Positions 1 through 13,466 are shown, numbered from the whole stretch's first letter. The stretch is DNA of 63,924 nucleotides, filler included, from Neolecta irregularis DAH-3 (GCA_001929475.1; 10 parts of 10 records of this genome joined end to end with filler, not necessarily neighbours in it); one strand, 5' to 3'. Notes: generated from the letters alone by a model not told the origin. Translations and numbers: made by a program.

Positions 1-619
1 GAAGGAAGGCTTGCAATAATATTGCGGCAATTTAATTTGTATTATATAAAGTAGATAGGCGTTCATGACCTAGCCAAGTTCAGTCATTTAGGCTAGGTAT
101 GGCCGCGGAAGTTCAGTCACTTAAGCTAGTATAATAAAACTCTAAGTCTACGAGCGACAAAAACGGAACACCTGAACCGTCACACAGTATGTTGAGATAT
201 ATATGATAATCTCAACAATTTCAAAGTCAACGAACATAGACATTAAAAGTCTAGTAGTCGGATTATTTTTGTGTTACTACTACAGGGCGGCATAATCCCG
301 GGGCTATGTTGTCGGAGGTTGATGGTCGGACGCCAATTGGGGTCGAGCACTGGCAAGATGGAGACGCTTCTTCCAATGCACTTTTGTGGGCTGTGTTCTT
401 CAGATAAGAACACCTTGCTGGCTGGCATCGCGGGAAAAGTATATTTGTAATAGATCATTCGGCTATGCGTCGTTACAAACCCGTGCCTGTTTGCAATGTG
501 GATCTTTCTCCCTCTATCAAAGTTACTACTGCGGGTGTACTGTACTACCGCAATTGCTGTTTACCCTACTGCAGTGTACTGCGACTGCTCCACAGTCTAT
601 TCCGCAGCTTGCCACACAG

Positions 620-1618
620 ATGGCGCTCGCAGTCTTGCACCTGCTGGTATTTATCCATGTCTGATGGTTCTAAGTGTAGTTCTACCCGCCTATCGTCTCC
701 CTCCCGCTGTTTCTCGAGTTTCCCGTGCTGTCCATACTGCTCCTCTCTCTCCCCTGGTTGCTCGCCACTGCACTTTCTTGGCTTGCAATGTTTCTGCACC
801 ACACGCGTCTCTCCGCCCTCCGAAAGTTCCTCGGCCTTCTCGCCTCTGTTATCGTCTTGTATAGTCCCATTCCCAAAGACCCCATCTCTTCATCCCTCAT
901 CCGCATCATTTACGCCGCCTCCGCCATGAAATATGTGGACGTTGCCGTTCTGCGCAAGAAACCCATCATGCAGGGCAATCCCCTCCAGACTTTTGCGGAC
1001 AAAATCGTGTGGACAAATACACTATGGTCTCAAGTCCGTTACGAATCGTTCGATATCGCTGTGCACAAGCATCCTCGAGAGTCCATTTCCTGGTCTGAAA
1101 TCATCGCCTTCTACATCATCGCCTTTTGCCCAGGCCCCTTCTCTTCTTATAGGTTCCTACTATTTACCCTACCAACACTGGTCCTCATCGTCGATTTTCC
1201 TCGATATATATTATGGAGAAAAAGTCCTCCTATCTTCTCATCAATTTGGAAAACGACAAGTATGAGTGAAATGTGGGGAAACTCGTGGCATCAGTTATTC
1301 AATTCATCTTTCAAAAGTATTGGGTACCATCCTGTCAGCCGTTATTTCGGTAGAGTTCCTGCAGTCTTCTCGGTCTTTTTCATTTCCGCCCTTTTTCACA
1401 TCTACGCTTTCTTTCCCGTGTTCGGTTGGCGCGGCGGCTGGAGATTCTTTATCTTCTTCTTTGCACAGGGTTGTTACTGTATTGTTGAAAATTTACCCTC
1501 TGTCCCTGTTGTTTTGAGAAAATGGGCCTGGTGCTTCTGGGGCTTTGGCGGAGTTTTGTGGCTGTTTAATGGCTTGAACGATGACAAACTTGCGTTAAAA
1601 GCAGAAAGGGGGTACTAG
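620..1618 (+). CDS. Membrane-bound O-acyltransferase (MBOAT_2 / wax synthase-like)
   Basis: Hydrophobic 297-aa ORF with PPIFSSIWKTTSMSEMWGNSWHQLF and FFISALFH motifs; ATG at 620 joined in frame by a 33-nt GT-AG intron (647-679). Confidence 0.85.
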
Positions 1619-2167
1619 ATATTGGGGTTGACTTTGCAGGGTTTGCTTGCACCTATCGCAAAAGATCATTGATTCAAGTAAAGAATTGCTCTTTTTTCTT
1701 GTAATTGGTCCGATATAAGGAGAAGGATATATATATGTACAGCAAACCTCGAGTTCAAGAGATGAAATCATAGATAAGAGGCATTTGAATTACCGTCATT
1801 TCTGAGGTAGACGTAATGCGTGAAGGGGTGGCAGATGCGCTCTCCAAAGAGTCAAATAACAAACTTCTCTAATTGGGCCCATAGAGGACCCCTACAATTC
1901 CTTTATTTTCCTTGGATACTATTTGAATTAGATTTCATGTGGATAACGTGCAAGGCATAGATCCGTCATGTCTTTAAGGACAAACCCAAAATTTGTCCAA
2001 TCCGAGAGGATTTTTAATTCTTCAATGATAGAATCTCGAAGTATAAGACGTTCATGTACTAATCAATGAAGAAACTCAGACTCTCGTTATGTTGAAGTGT
2101 TTATATAGTGACGGTGCTACGTCAACCCCCAAAGCTACAAAACTTCAAGAGTGTCTCTACTCTGTCA

Positions 2168-5100
2168 ATGGCTGCATATCAGTATGTCCAGTTCCAAGAA
2201 AAGGTTCTATCATTCTCCAACCAGATTCTAAGGACAGATGCGGTCTCCGGATGCCGATATTCGATACATGGCCGTAAATGATCTACATGATAAATTATCA
2301 AGTCAAATTCACCCATTGGATGAAGGTTCATCGACTAAGCTAGTCGATGCATTCATAAAGTTGCTTGGAGATACAAACGGCGATGTACAGAATATGACAG
2401 TCAAATGGTATACGGGTAACGGGTTTGTGGATTAATAGAAGTCTTGCGCCGTTTGTACGGTGTTGTAGAGACAATCACACTCAAGACCTAATCAATCGGC
2501 TTTGTGAAGGAGCAAGGAAGAAGAGCGATGTTGCGGATATATCTGCGACTGGTACTTTTCATGATTAACGAGATATGTCCTGAAAACAGCTTTACGAACG
2601 GTTATCGTTGAAATTTCTGCGAGTAGCTCGACTGCACCCACAATCACTAAACAATTGCTTCCTCGTCTCATGGAACAGCTAAATCAAGTAATCTTGAGCT
2701 CAAAGTTTCAATTGACATCTAGGTCTCTGAAACTAGCGACGTGCAGGTTGACTCTGTGGACGTTCTAATTGAACTTATCAATAAATTCGGACAATTCATA
2801 ACGGATCATGCCAAAGTTCAAAAAGTCCTTCTCCAGCTTCTTACATCATCGCGAGCCGCTGTGAGAAAGCGGGCCGTAATTGCCCTGGGTACAACCCAGA
2901 TATTGCTATTTGTTCATTATTAGCGGCTTTATCTAGAATTTCTTTGGAATCACTGGTCTCTGCCCTTATGTCTCACATAATCGAGGGCTTTAGAGTCCAG
3001 AAATCTGACGAGGGACGTTTGACGCTTTTGAATTTGACTAATCAAGTCGCTCGAACAGATCGTAGAATCGCGGGATATATAAAACTCATTTATCCTCCCA
3101 TCCGAGATTCCCTAAAAATTGACAATAACGAAATTCGTGAAGCTGGATTAGTGTCTTTGGAAACATTTATTATCCAGTGCAGTGGGGACATGGCTCAGTA
3201 TCTCGAAGAGGCTATAGAGATTGGAAACGAATATATCAAGCATGATCCAAACTATGCTGGTGGCGATGACGACGAAGATATGGAAGACACTGAAGAAGTT
3301 GATGAAGACTTTGATGAAGAGTACCCAGAATCCCTTTTTTCCAGTTTTAATAACCAGTGACTTTACGGACAATGAAGACATATCCTGGAAAGTCCGTCGA
3401 GCGTCTGCCAAGCTTCTAGCCTCTATAATTTCCACGTATCCAACGCATCTCTCCCAGTTTTACAATTTCATTGCTCCTGTGCTAATTTCCCGCTTCTCCG
3501 ACCGCGAAGAAACGGTTCGGATAGAAGTTCTTAAAGCTTTTACGATTCTTCTTGAGCAAACGAGCGAGATAGACGGCCAAAGAAGCAAGAAGCGTAGACG
3601 TGAAAGCGGTGAATCTATAGGCTCGAAATCTCTTCTTAGAGAACACGCATCTAAACTTTCTACTTCGATCAAAAGGCAAGCGGCGAGCCCAAGTGCCAAC
3701 ACCCAGATTGCCGCCTTCATTCTCCTTCGGCAACTCTGTATTACTCTCTATGGAGGACTGTATGACATTATGGCCGGCCTAGTGAAACCCATATCGAGCA
3801 TATTAACTTCCATGTCAGGGGGAAGTAGTTCATCAAGCTCAACTCTCAAAATTGCGGTTCTCGAATTTGTGGATGAAGTAGCGGCTCATCCCACTCTAAT
3901 CAACCTCCAGCCTTACCTCGATATTCTATCGAATGCAGTCACAGCCTCGATCAATGATAAATTTTACAAAATCGCAGCACAAGCAGTTGATACGCTTGTT
4001 CCTTTGATCAAACCATCGAATGCATCCACTTTGATTCCAATTATCCTCGAAAAGGTCGAAAATCCCAGTACCGAGGCTGAAGTCCGAGAACGAGGAATCT
4101 GCGCGTTGGCAGAAATTCTTCCAATTGCAGAGGACTCTCTTGCACTGAGAATATTGGGCATTCTGTTAGATCGTCTACGGAATGAAACTACTCGAATAAT
4201 TGCAATCAAATGCATTGAGACCTCAGCGTCTTCGGTGCCTCAATTCCCAGCCGAATGGGTTTCTCAAGTTGTGGAAGAGTTCACTTCATATCTTCGAAAA
4301 CAGAATCGGGCATTGAAGACAAGTACGCTATCTGCTCTAGCAGCTCTTCTTGCTAAGAATCCTATCTCGCAAGAGACAGAGACGATCATTGCTACTAGTC
4401 TTCGCAGCGCGTTGGATACTGAGGATCTTGCCATTGTGACTCCAGCGTTGACAATTTTGACCCGCCTATCGCCAGAATCTGCGCACGCCATTGACTCGGT
4501 TATAAATCTTATTTCGTTGCCAGTCGTTCAAGGAAACCGGCCTACTGTTGATGCAATCCTAGAATATCTTGCCGCAGTTTCGAAAACTGATAATGCGGAG
4601 GGACTTGTCACGACTCTCCGTAACCGGGCAGTTGTCGGAGCCGAGCAAGGAATCGTTGCTGAAGCTATCGCCACATTGTTATGCCATGGACAAGACTCAA
4701 AATTCTCGGAGTTTATCGAACTTGTTAAAAAACCTAAATCATCTGAACGCGAAAGGAGTTTAGGATTGCTGGTTGTAGGTCATGTCGGAAAAAAACAGTA
4801 TAATCTTACCGTTAATCTTGCTTGACATGTCTAGGGATTTATCCTCCATTAATGGACTTCAGAATACTATTACAGGCCAATTCCTCAATCCAAGCGACAC
4901 TGTTAAGAGCGCTGCTGCTTTTGCCCTTGGTGCCGTTACTTCTGGGAATGTATCTTTTTTCCTACCGGGTGTCATGTCGAAGATTTATACAGAACCCACT
5001 CAACGATCTTCACTTGTCCATGCCCTGAAAGAGGTATTCGAGGTTCTGACTATAGTTGACATTCAGGTTATTGCTTCTGATAATTCTGGAATTAAAGCCT

Positions 5101-6138
5101 TCGCTATGGAGATGTGGAAGATATTTTTTGATACTCAAACAGTCACAGACGATGGATCGAAGCTTGCTGCTGCTGAATGCATTGGTCGATTGGCGCTTCT
5201 AGATTCGCAGGTTTTCCTCCCGGAATTGAAAGTAAAACAGACTCTTTATCAGTCTTTCTAACGGAAGAAATATATCCGGTCAAACAATACAAGTACCCGG
5301 GTGATTGTCATTGCAGCGATTCGATACACCCTTATCCATGCTTCCCCAGCTGCAAACGAGGGCCTCCGATTCTTGTTAGACGACTTTCATGTTCTGCTTC
5401 AAGATCGTGACATTGAAATCCGTCGATCGGCGCTCGCTACACTCAAGAGCATCGTTCACAATAAACTCTGCGTTATCCTTCCTCAAATGGACACTATTCT
5501 TCCTATCCTTTTCCATGAAACGGGTATTAAGAAAGAATTGGTCAAAGTAGTTGTTATGGGCCCATTTAAACACACTGTTGATGACGGATTGGAACTTCGA
5601 AAGGTATAACTATATATAACTCTTGCTGATTATTAGACCGCCTATGAGACTCTTTACGAGCTGCTTGATACTCCTCTCGCTGGTCAGAACATCAACATGT
5701 TCCTTGATCGAGTTGTTGCTGGCCTCTCAGACGAGCAAGATATCAAAATACTCTGCAATCTGATGCTAATTAAAATTACTGAGATCAATAAAGCAGACAC
5801 TCAAAAACGTATTTCCTTCTCGTAGAGTCTCTTAATATTTTCAGGTCTTGATGAAGTGTCCAACAAATATACTACTGTTCTAAGCCTGAAACTTAAGGAG
5901 TCAGCTTTGAAGCAAGAAATCGAAAAGAACATGGAGTTGCGAAGGAGTGTATTGAGGACTAGCCTTGTATTAGAGGGACTCGCTGTGCCCGGTATGTTTA
6001 GTCGTCTATCGCCATCTAACTTAAGTTCTAACACCCAAGTTTTCTGAATATCTCCGAAATATGAAACAGTTATACTCAGTAGAAATTCGGGATATGGAAA
6101 AGATTGAAGGTGAAATCGATGCTATGGATACTACTTGA
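2168..6138 (+). CDS. CAND1: Cullin-associated NEDD8-dissociated protein 1 (TIP120), multi-exon
   Basis: Exons encode MRSPDADIRYMAVNDL, DEDISWKVRRASAKLL, LDRLRNETTR, VVMGPFKHTVDDGLELRK and AYETLY; HEAT-repeat composition. Confidence 0.95.
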
Positions 6139-6287
6139 TTTGGTGATTTTTCATCACGAATGATGTATTGATTTAGGTTCTCAATAAGGTGGGCGCATAG
6201 TACATCGTTTGTCATAAAAAAACAGATATATACTCAAATCTCCCCTCATGCCTGGCTGAATCTCAAGATTGACAGCTTCAGTCTGTT

Positions 6288-7149
6288 TTAATGGAACGAA
6301 ATGACTGAGGAGATATTCGCTCCTGCTCTCTTCCCATGTTTGATTTGCCGAAGCAGAATGAGTAATGTACATCCTCTCGAAAGTAATATGAGGGCCTGTG
6401 AAAAGTAATAGATGATCCATAACAAGGATCCCTTCGGACCAACTAACGGTGACATGTAGAACGCGTGGTAGACACCCATGACCTGAAAGCCGCCACATGA
6501 GCGAAACAGCTGGTGCCATGCTTGATTCCAGAGTCCGGTGCACGAGAAGACCGATATGAAGGAGGAGGATTAGGGGGAATATGATGGGAAGATTAGGAGT
6601 CTTGGAATCTCGAGCATGAGAATAATCGCAGGTCGCGATAAAAGCCAGCTGCGGATATTTCTAACAGGAAAGAGAAAGAAAGGTACGATGGTGAAAAAGA
6701 GGACTTCTCTGAGCGAGATGGCTTTCCCCCCATCGAAATATCGAAACTCTGGTAGCGCAGTTCAGTATACAGAGTGTTTGTGTAGAGCAGCCTATCTCTA
6801 AAGGAGTGCAACTGCTGCAAGCCAGTCATGCGCGGGGAGGCCGGAAGAAGATGAGATCGAGGGTTTTCAGGACGGCACCGCCCTGGATCATGCGCAGGGC
6901 AACTGCAGCGATGGGATCTGGCGGCGGGGGCGGTATCAGCATGAGGGATGTTGCAGCGACGGCAAGACATCTGCGCAGACGCAGAAAAGGACTAGTAAGC
7001 AGATAGACTGCGATGTAAACAAGAGCAAAGGCGAGAGCAGTAGCCAGACGGGGAAAAGCATAAGCATCTGCGGTTGCACAACACCAGGACAAAAGCTGCT
7101 GTTTATAAGCCAATTATACAAAAGCCGATATGTTAAGCTCCGATAGCAT
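6288..7149 (-). pseudogene. Disabled paralog of the MBOAT_2 gene at 620-1618
   Basis: Three frames give collinear matches to gene 1 (DPIAAVALRMIQGGAVLKTLDL; LYTNTLYTELRYQSFDI; LWNQAWHQLF...GVYHAFY) separated by frameshifts, stops and an internal deletion. Confidence 0.75.
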
Positions 7150-7215
7150 GCCTTTTTGGGGGTGGGCGGCTAAGTATTGGTGTCGGAATAGTTGACAAAG
7201 CGGACGGGTTTATGC

Positions 7216-7503
7216 TCAAGTTCCGAGTACTGCTGCCACTCCAGCAATTCCAAATGCTCTCTCGTGTATATTCACCGTCACGGCATATCTCCACTCCATC
7301 CAGCGACTCCATGCTATTCCGTAAAACTATCACCCAGAACGACGTTTCTCACCATAGTACGCAGTCCGCCGCCCGAGATACTTGCCCACAAACGGCAGAA
7401 TAATCATGCTCGAGAGCAGCTCCAGCTGCCTGAGATTTTCCGCCCACTCTTCATCAGCGTCCGATATTTCTGATTCTGAGTATTCAGATAGGGTAGTGGA
7501 CAT
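7216..7503 (-). CDS. MIM2: Mitochondrial import protein Mim2 (2 exons; not in ORF track)
   Basis: Spliced product MSTTLSEYSESEISDADEEWAENLRQLELLSSMIILPFVGKYLGRRTAYY/AWSRWMEWRY...; matches the Mim2 pattern EW..L.QL.L...P..GKYLGR..AY..W.R.MEW. Confidence 0.8.
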
Positions 7504-7553
7504 CGGAGTTTGGGTTTTCGTACGTCACCCGTCTCCCGACCCCCTCCTCATCC

Positions 7554-9740
7554 ATGAGCAACCTCCTCCAGCCAAACTTCACTTCCCATGGCCGCGACCT
7601 GCGAGATTCGTACGAGCGCATACGGAACGGTGATGAGAACATAGCATGGGCCCTTTACAGTTATGAGAAACATTCAAACGATCTGAGAGTCCTGGAGACC
7701 GGCCGTACAATCATCTCCTCCCGTATGAGCTCATTCATGACTAGAAGGTGGAATTGCAGAATTTATCGACGACTTTAGCGACGGCAAGATCATGTATGCA
7801 TTTTCCAGAGTCATAGATCCAAACTCTGGGCTGAGCAAATTCGTTCTCATCGGTTGGGTAGGCTCTTACCCGTGCCTAAATGTTGAGGCTGATCGATGAC
7901 GGGGTAGTGTGGAGAAGGAGTTCCCGAGGACAGGAAAGGTGTCTTTAATACCCATTTCCCTGCTGTCCAGAAATTCTTAAACGTTCGTCTTGCTATTCAG
8001 GATTCACATAATGGGGGTCAGGGATACCATGTCTCGATTTCCGCAAGGAGTCAGGCCGATGTCGAGCCGGAGGTTATTATGAAGAAGGTAGAAGATGCTT
8101 CTGGGGCGAAATATGGTGTTGGAGCGTTGGTTGGAATATTTGAAGGAATCCAAAACGTATGTTCTCATTCTGTTTGAACTGATTTTCTCAGGCAAAGCAG
8201 ACATCTCCCCTAGCAATACGGTCATCACGAGTCCCAGATCCAGTTCTAGTAGATCTTTTAAAGCCGTACTCTCTAATCATAAAGAAACCGTCAAAGCCAT
8301 CCTTCATAAAGAGGCCTCCGCCCTTGGGGTTTGGTACAACTCCCTCATTACCCAAGGCTTCCGGTGTCTTCAACAAACCATCCCAGCCAATTAAAAAGGA
8401 GCCCCCGGATTCAAAGGAAGTAATAAAAGGCACGTATCAAAGGATCGGAACTCCAGACATTGCCGCCTTACGAGCCTCATCAAGTCCTGAAAATGCCAAA
8501 AATATAAATACCGGGCCTGTTGTTTCTCCGAGTCAAACCAAAAAATCGCCAATCGCTTCATCGTTCGGTACAAGAGCCAGTCAATCTTTTGGAACGACGC
8601 CGCCTATCCCGGGAACTCTCAAGCGCGAGAGCAAAGCACTGACAGGCCTTCACGGGCATAGCGCACAAGGGGGGAAGACACCAAGTCAGATTTGGGCTGA
8701 AGGAAAGGCAAAAAAACAGGAGGCGAGTGTAGATAAGGGTATTCCTTCCCCTGTTTCTTCTTCCGCTCCTGGAAACGAGGAGGTAACAACAGATGAAACC
8801 CTTGATATATCTGCTATCCGAGAGCGATTTTCACAAAATTTAATCGCTCAGGCCCCTTCATCACCAAAAAACCTTAATACCCCATCACCTGCACGGGGAT
8901 TCCCGCTTGATCCACGGCAGGTTCTTCCTCTGTTAGTGTCGAAGGAGATCACAACGTCCTCGCAAGGGAACTCAGCTTTTGAACGCTCTGAAGAATCACT
9001 TTCCGTTAAACCTCCTAGTCCTCCCCGAAGTGCCCCAAGCTTTCGGTCTCCGGAAATTCCTGCATCTGAAGCAAGAGCAGAACCACCTCTGTTACCCATG
9101 GACACAAAACCGGGCACTGTCGGTGGGATGCAAGGTAGCGCTTTAACGAGTGAGACAGTGACTGAACAAGAATCATGGAATTTGCAACCAGAAGCTATTA
9201 TTCATCAAGACCAAGGAGATGTCGGCGACAGCCACACGAAGAACGAATTTCAAGCAGGGCCTTTCCCTGCAGACGATCCCACTCAAAATATCACTGCAAC
9301 AGTGATCTACAGCTACACCGAAGTTGAAGACAACGAAATCGTTCTAGTTGAAGGCGACTTGATAACATCGATCGACAAGATTGACGAAGGTTGGTGGATG
9401 GGCACCAATCCGGCTGGTCACCACGGCTTATTCCCCAAAGACTATGTCGAAGAACTAAAGCCCACTGCTGCTGACTCATATACGGCGACACCACCAGCAT
9501 CATCTAGGGAGCATTGCGCAGAAGCGCTCTATGAATATATAGCCACCGAAGACAACGAAATCTCATTTGATGAGGGAGACATCATCACGCAAATCGCGTT
9601 TCCCGATGAAGATTGGTGGCAAGGTGAAATCCGGGGCACTGTTGGCCTATTCCCCGGTACGTCCCCTTCTCTCTTCCTTTCCCTTTATCATGCAGCTTAT
9701 TCTTCTCTTAGCGAATTACGTTAAATTGATCCCCAAATGA
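7554..9740 (+). CDS. ABP1: Actin-binding protein Abp1/drebrin-like (ADF-H domain plus two SH3 domains)
   Basis: N-terminal cofilin-like exons (WALYSY..., KFVLIGWCGEGVP), Pro/Ser-rich linker, two SH3 domains (DEGWWMG...[15 protein letters not shown]...GLFPANYV). Confidence 0.92.
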
Positions 9741-10407
9741 ACAGCCTCTTTGCTTGTTGACTTATTTCTTCTTCCGGGAATTCTATTTATATATATTTCG
9801 TCAGTCATGGTTGTTTCTATAATATAACCATTTATTCATTAGTGAAAATCCAAAATTGTCTATCCTCTGCATTGCTTAAGGGCGGGTTACTTGATACTGC
9901 GTTTCTGTGAACATGCAAAATGCTTATAACTATCCTGCCAAAGAGAACAGAGAATCCATTTGAGTTGGGATTGAAGGGCGTATGAATAGTTGGGCGAGGC
10001 TCGATCAAATATCCTGCGGATGTTTTGGAAACTTTCAACAGAAATAGATCGGATAGTCCTGATATGCTCAAAGACACGGCCATATACTAGAAATTTGCTG
10101 TTTGATCTTTCTTAGGCTTTCACTAGGCTATTTATTACAAGTTTCCCAGTGCATGGCTCTTTTGTTTATCAGATAGAAATAGGGAGAGAGGATTCACCCG
10201 ACATAATATGTTGGTGATGTTTCAATTTCTCTTCAGTGAATGAATGTTTGTACTGCTTCCTGGAAACTTCACAAGAAAGGTTTGACCATGTGTTTGATAA
10301 CCATGTTTTTCAAACCGGTTTAGGAGATTGTCAGTTAGGTTTACAATTCTGGTTGTGAAATTCCGACGAGATGTGATAGAGAAGTATTTTGATAAACTAT
10401 ATCGGAT

Positions 10408-11489
10408 TCATCTGGAACTGGAAGGTTCCTGTAGCATTTCTCCTATATGATTTCTGATCCCATCCTTGATGTTCCAATTCCCTTGCCTTGCACCTGGACT
10501 GATATCACTATCTCGATTGAAATCGCCAGACTTCCAATCCATGAAGAAAGGTGGCACAACGGAATATCCGTGAATCAAACCTCTATCTTGGAGTAGGGCG
10601 ATATGTACGTCAATTGGTCCTTCTAAAGGAAACATCCCGAGGTGGTGGATGAGCTTCATTGCTCCTTGACGAGTAACGGCGTATCCCAAAAGACATATGG
10701 CATGATTGAGTTTCATAACCAATCGCTCTCCTTGTGGCTGTGTGCCAAATTCCTGGAGAATGGTTCGATGAAAAAAACTTTGAGCATCTGGCTCGGGAAC
10801 CCTTGGATCTTTATAGATTCGATGAGGCCATGATCCGGGATCTCGAGGGGTAACTTCTACACAATTTCCCAGATAGATCATGTCCCAATTGTTTCCGTAC
10901 GGTAAATTGGGGTCGGAAAATGTATCCTTGGCTTCTGATTGCATTTCTTTGATCATTGCCGCAGCGGTAGATAATGTTTCTTTTAAATGAATGTCCCAAT
11001 CTAAATCATCCTCTATGATCAACGCAGTCTCCACTTAGCATTCCTTTTCAAAATGTAGACAGAAAGTACCTCTAGTCCTGAACGCAAGAATTCATTTAAT
11101 GCATTCATATGGCTCCTCCAACATCCCCAAACACCGTTCTTCTCACCTTCGGGCATATCACGGTCGAAATGACCAACGAGTGCCCTATTATCAATATCTT
11201 TTCCGTCTATACCATCGATAAATTGAATCGAAATGTCGGTTGCAAGACCCATCACATACATCGCATCCCGGCGATCTGTTCTTGCCGGAATGTTGATGCA
11301 ATATATCTGACCGAATCCAAGAGTTTGATTATAGGTGGAGAGCGGATGACGCGAGAGGTTTTCCATGGTCCGAGATGCATATCCTGATTCCTGCACGAAT
11401 GAAGAGTAAAAGTAACTCACCAGACCTAGGGAAAAAAGTAAGAGCTGGATGCACAACGCGAGGAAAAGCGCTGGAAATGGGATGTTCAT
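10408..11489 (-). CDS. Glycosyltransferase family 25 protein (type II membrane, 2 exons)
   Basis: N-terminal TM; TLGFGQIYCINIPARTDRRD, GCWRSHMNAL, ALIIEDDLDWD, GYAVTRQGAMKL. Confidence 0.88.
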
Positions 11490-11540
11490 GTCGATTACGA
11501 GAAAATAGCTCCACAGCAATGGAAATTCGTTGATCCGCTT

Positions 11541-11681
11541 GTGGTATGCGTAATCTTTTGGAGGATATTTTAAAAGGGGTCTCCAGTTTGGCGTTTCTTT
11601 GGTCAAAGTCTAGTTTTCTATAATCGATGCTGCTAATGCTGTTTCCTATAAGTAGACCTGTAGGTGTTTGCTTGTAGGACC
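11541..11681 (-). repeat. Dispersed ~140-bp repeat, copy 1 (immediately upstream of GT25)
   Basis: Reverse complement aligns with 47135-47284 (ggtcctacaag..cacctacaggtctactta..gaccaaag..gagacccct..tttaaaatatcctccaaaagattac). Confidence 0.8.
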
Positions 11682-12137
11682 GGTGAATAATGCTCTATTC
11701 ATCCAGTCAAGGAATCTAACCATCGTTTTTTCTCGGGTTATCCAAGTCATATAAGTCTGCAAAGCTCTACAATTGCAGCCTGCGTGTTACACGCTGTTCG
11801 CATGCCAACTAGCATTCATTTCCAAAGTTAAGAGTTATTTGGCCGATGCGCCAAGTCTAGCAAGAACGATAAGTTCCATTTCGAAAATTGTTTGACCCAT
11901 ACTAAGCATTTGCTCGTAATGTACGCAACACATTATTTTTCTTATATATTCTTCTTGGAGGATACAGAGGATTCCCCTCTTGAAAAATTGAAACAGAACA
12001 ACCCTCTGCGTTGAAATATGCTAAAAGCCATTGTCACTGATAGTTCAGCAAGTACAGGCTAGCTTGCAGGATGCTGAACGGTATGACTAATTTAGCGTTG
12101 TTCGTATAGTATGTCGCACGCAGGGGTGTTAGGGGGG

Positions 12138-12237
12138 NNNNNNNNNNNNNNNNNNNNNNNNNNNNNNNNNNNNNNNNNNNNTTAATTAATTAANNNNNNN
12201 NNNNNNNNNNNNNNNNNNNNNNNNNNNNNNNNNNNNN
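12138..12237. other. Artificial contig linker N44-TTAATTAATTAA-N44 (same linker at 16899, 25428, 47805, 54660, 56362, 59141, 60737, 62757)
   Basis: Identical six-frame stop linker flanked by Ns, nine times in the window. Confidence 0.97.
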
Positions 12238-12369
12238 CAGACCAAAGGGTCAAGTCGGTCTGGACGGTATGATAGACTGATACATAGTTAGTAGTTAAGA
12301 ATAAATAGTAGAGGAGAAAAGGTACTTGTTTAAGGGAATCCTGTAGAGGCGCGAGGCAATTGAAGTTGG
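12238..12369 (+). repeat. ~130-bp direct repeat, second copy at 13737-13863
   Basis: cagaccaaagggtcaagtcggtctggacgg...gcaattgaagttgg present twice, differing by a 4-nt indel. Confidence 0.85.
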
Positions 12370-13466
12370 NNNNNNNNNNGGATCAATCGGATCCGCGGAA
12401 ATAGAATCGCCCAGAGAAAGGTTTTCGTCATGGTGTTGATGCCGTTTAATCAAGTGGGAAAACATTCTGCAAATACTCGACGACCACGGAAGAAATGAAA
12501 TGTGATGGAGAATTAAATTCCCTCTAGTTGTAATTGACGACGTCGGTCTCAAACGCCGCTCGCTGACGTCGCTGACCCCATAACCCAATATATATATAGT
12601 ATCACAATGATATTTAATATCTTTCATTATATAATGATGTATATAAACTTTAATACGTTGCGTTTGACATCCTCAATTACTCCTCTAATAGCTGACGTGG
12701 ATATACACTACCGGGTTTAACTTGGACGACAATTAATTATGAGATACTAAGGGTTAGCGGCGGCCTGATCCAGTCCATTAAGTCCAACTGGACTGGAAAG
12801 CCCGCCTAGGAAAAGTCAATCTCGTCCTTGACACCCAGAGCGGCAATATCCTCACGGCCCGATCGATCAAATACTCCGAAGAAGAGCTAGTGAGCTCAAT
12901 GAGGAGATGTACAGAAGATGAGGCTCCGTACAGGAAGGAGGCAATAGGCAGCAGCGAAGCGCGCCTCGAGGAATTACTTGCCGCCCGATCAACATACCAA
13001 CCCAAGTCCACGAGCGACAAAAAGGAACACCTGAACGCTCACACTCCCTTACTCCCCTACTCGCTTCCTCTCACTCCCCACCCGTTATCGCCTGCCCTTC
13101 TTGCCTGCTCACCCACCTCGCCCCTTACTGCTCCCTCCTGGTCCGTAGTCGTCCCTGCCCTCTCACCTGTTACTTATAGGGCCTTTGGTAATCTGGTAGT
13201 CGGTCCCAATCAATGCCATCATAGTTGTCATCATCATTATCATGTTAAGTCCAGGGGTTGATTTAATCGCTGAGTGATATTGACGGTGTGGTCTTGAAAA
13301 ATTGAAATATTCTGTGGCAAGATCGCTGGAATCCATATTGACGATTGGAAATGACATTTCAATATGATAATATCTCCTGGAACACGCAGACAATTTTTGG
13401 TAGAGGTATTAAGATATTAATGTCAAAACTGTAAGCGTATACCTTCGGCATACGTTTCCCAATACA

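Noticed and set aside
12182-12193. Recurrent TTAATTAATTAA palindrome
   Set aside because: Always centred in N runs; it is an artificial contig linker
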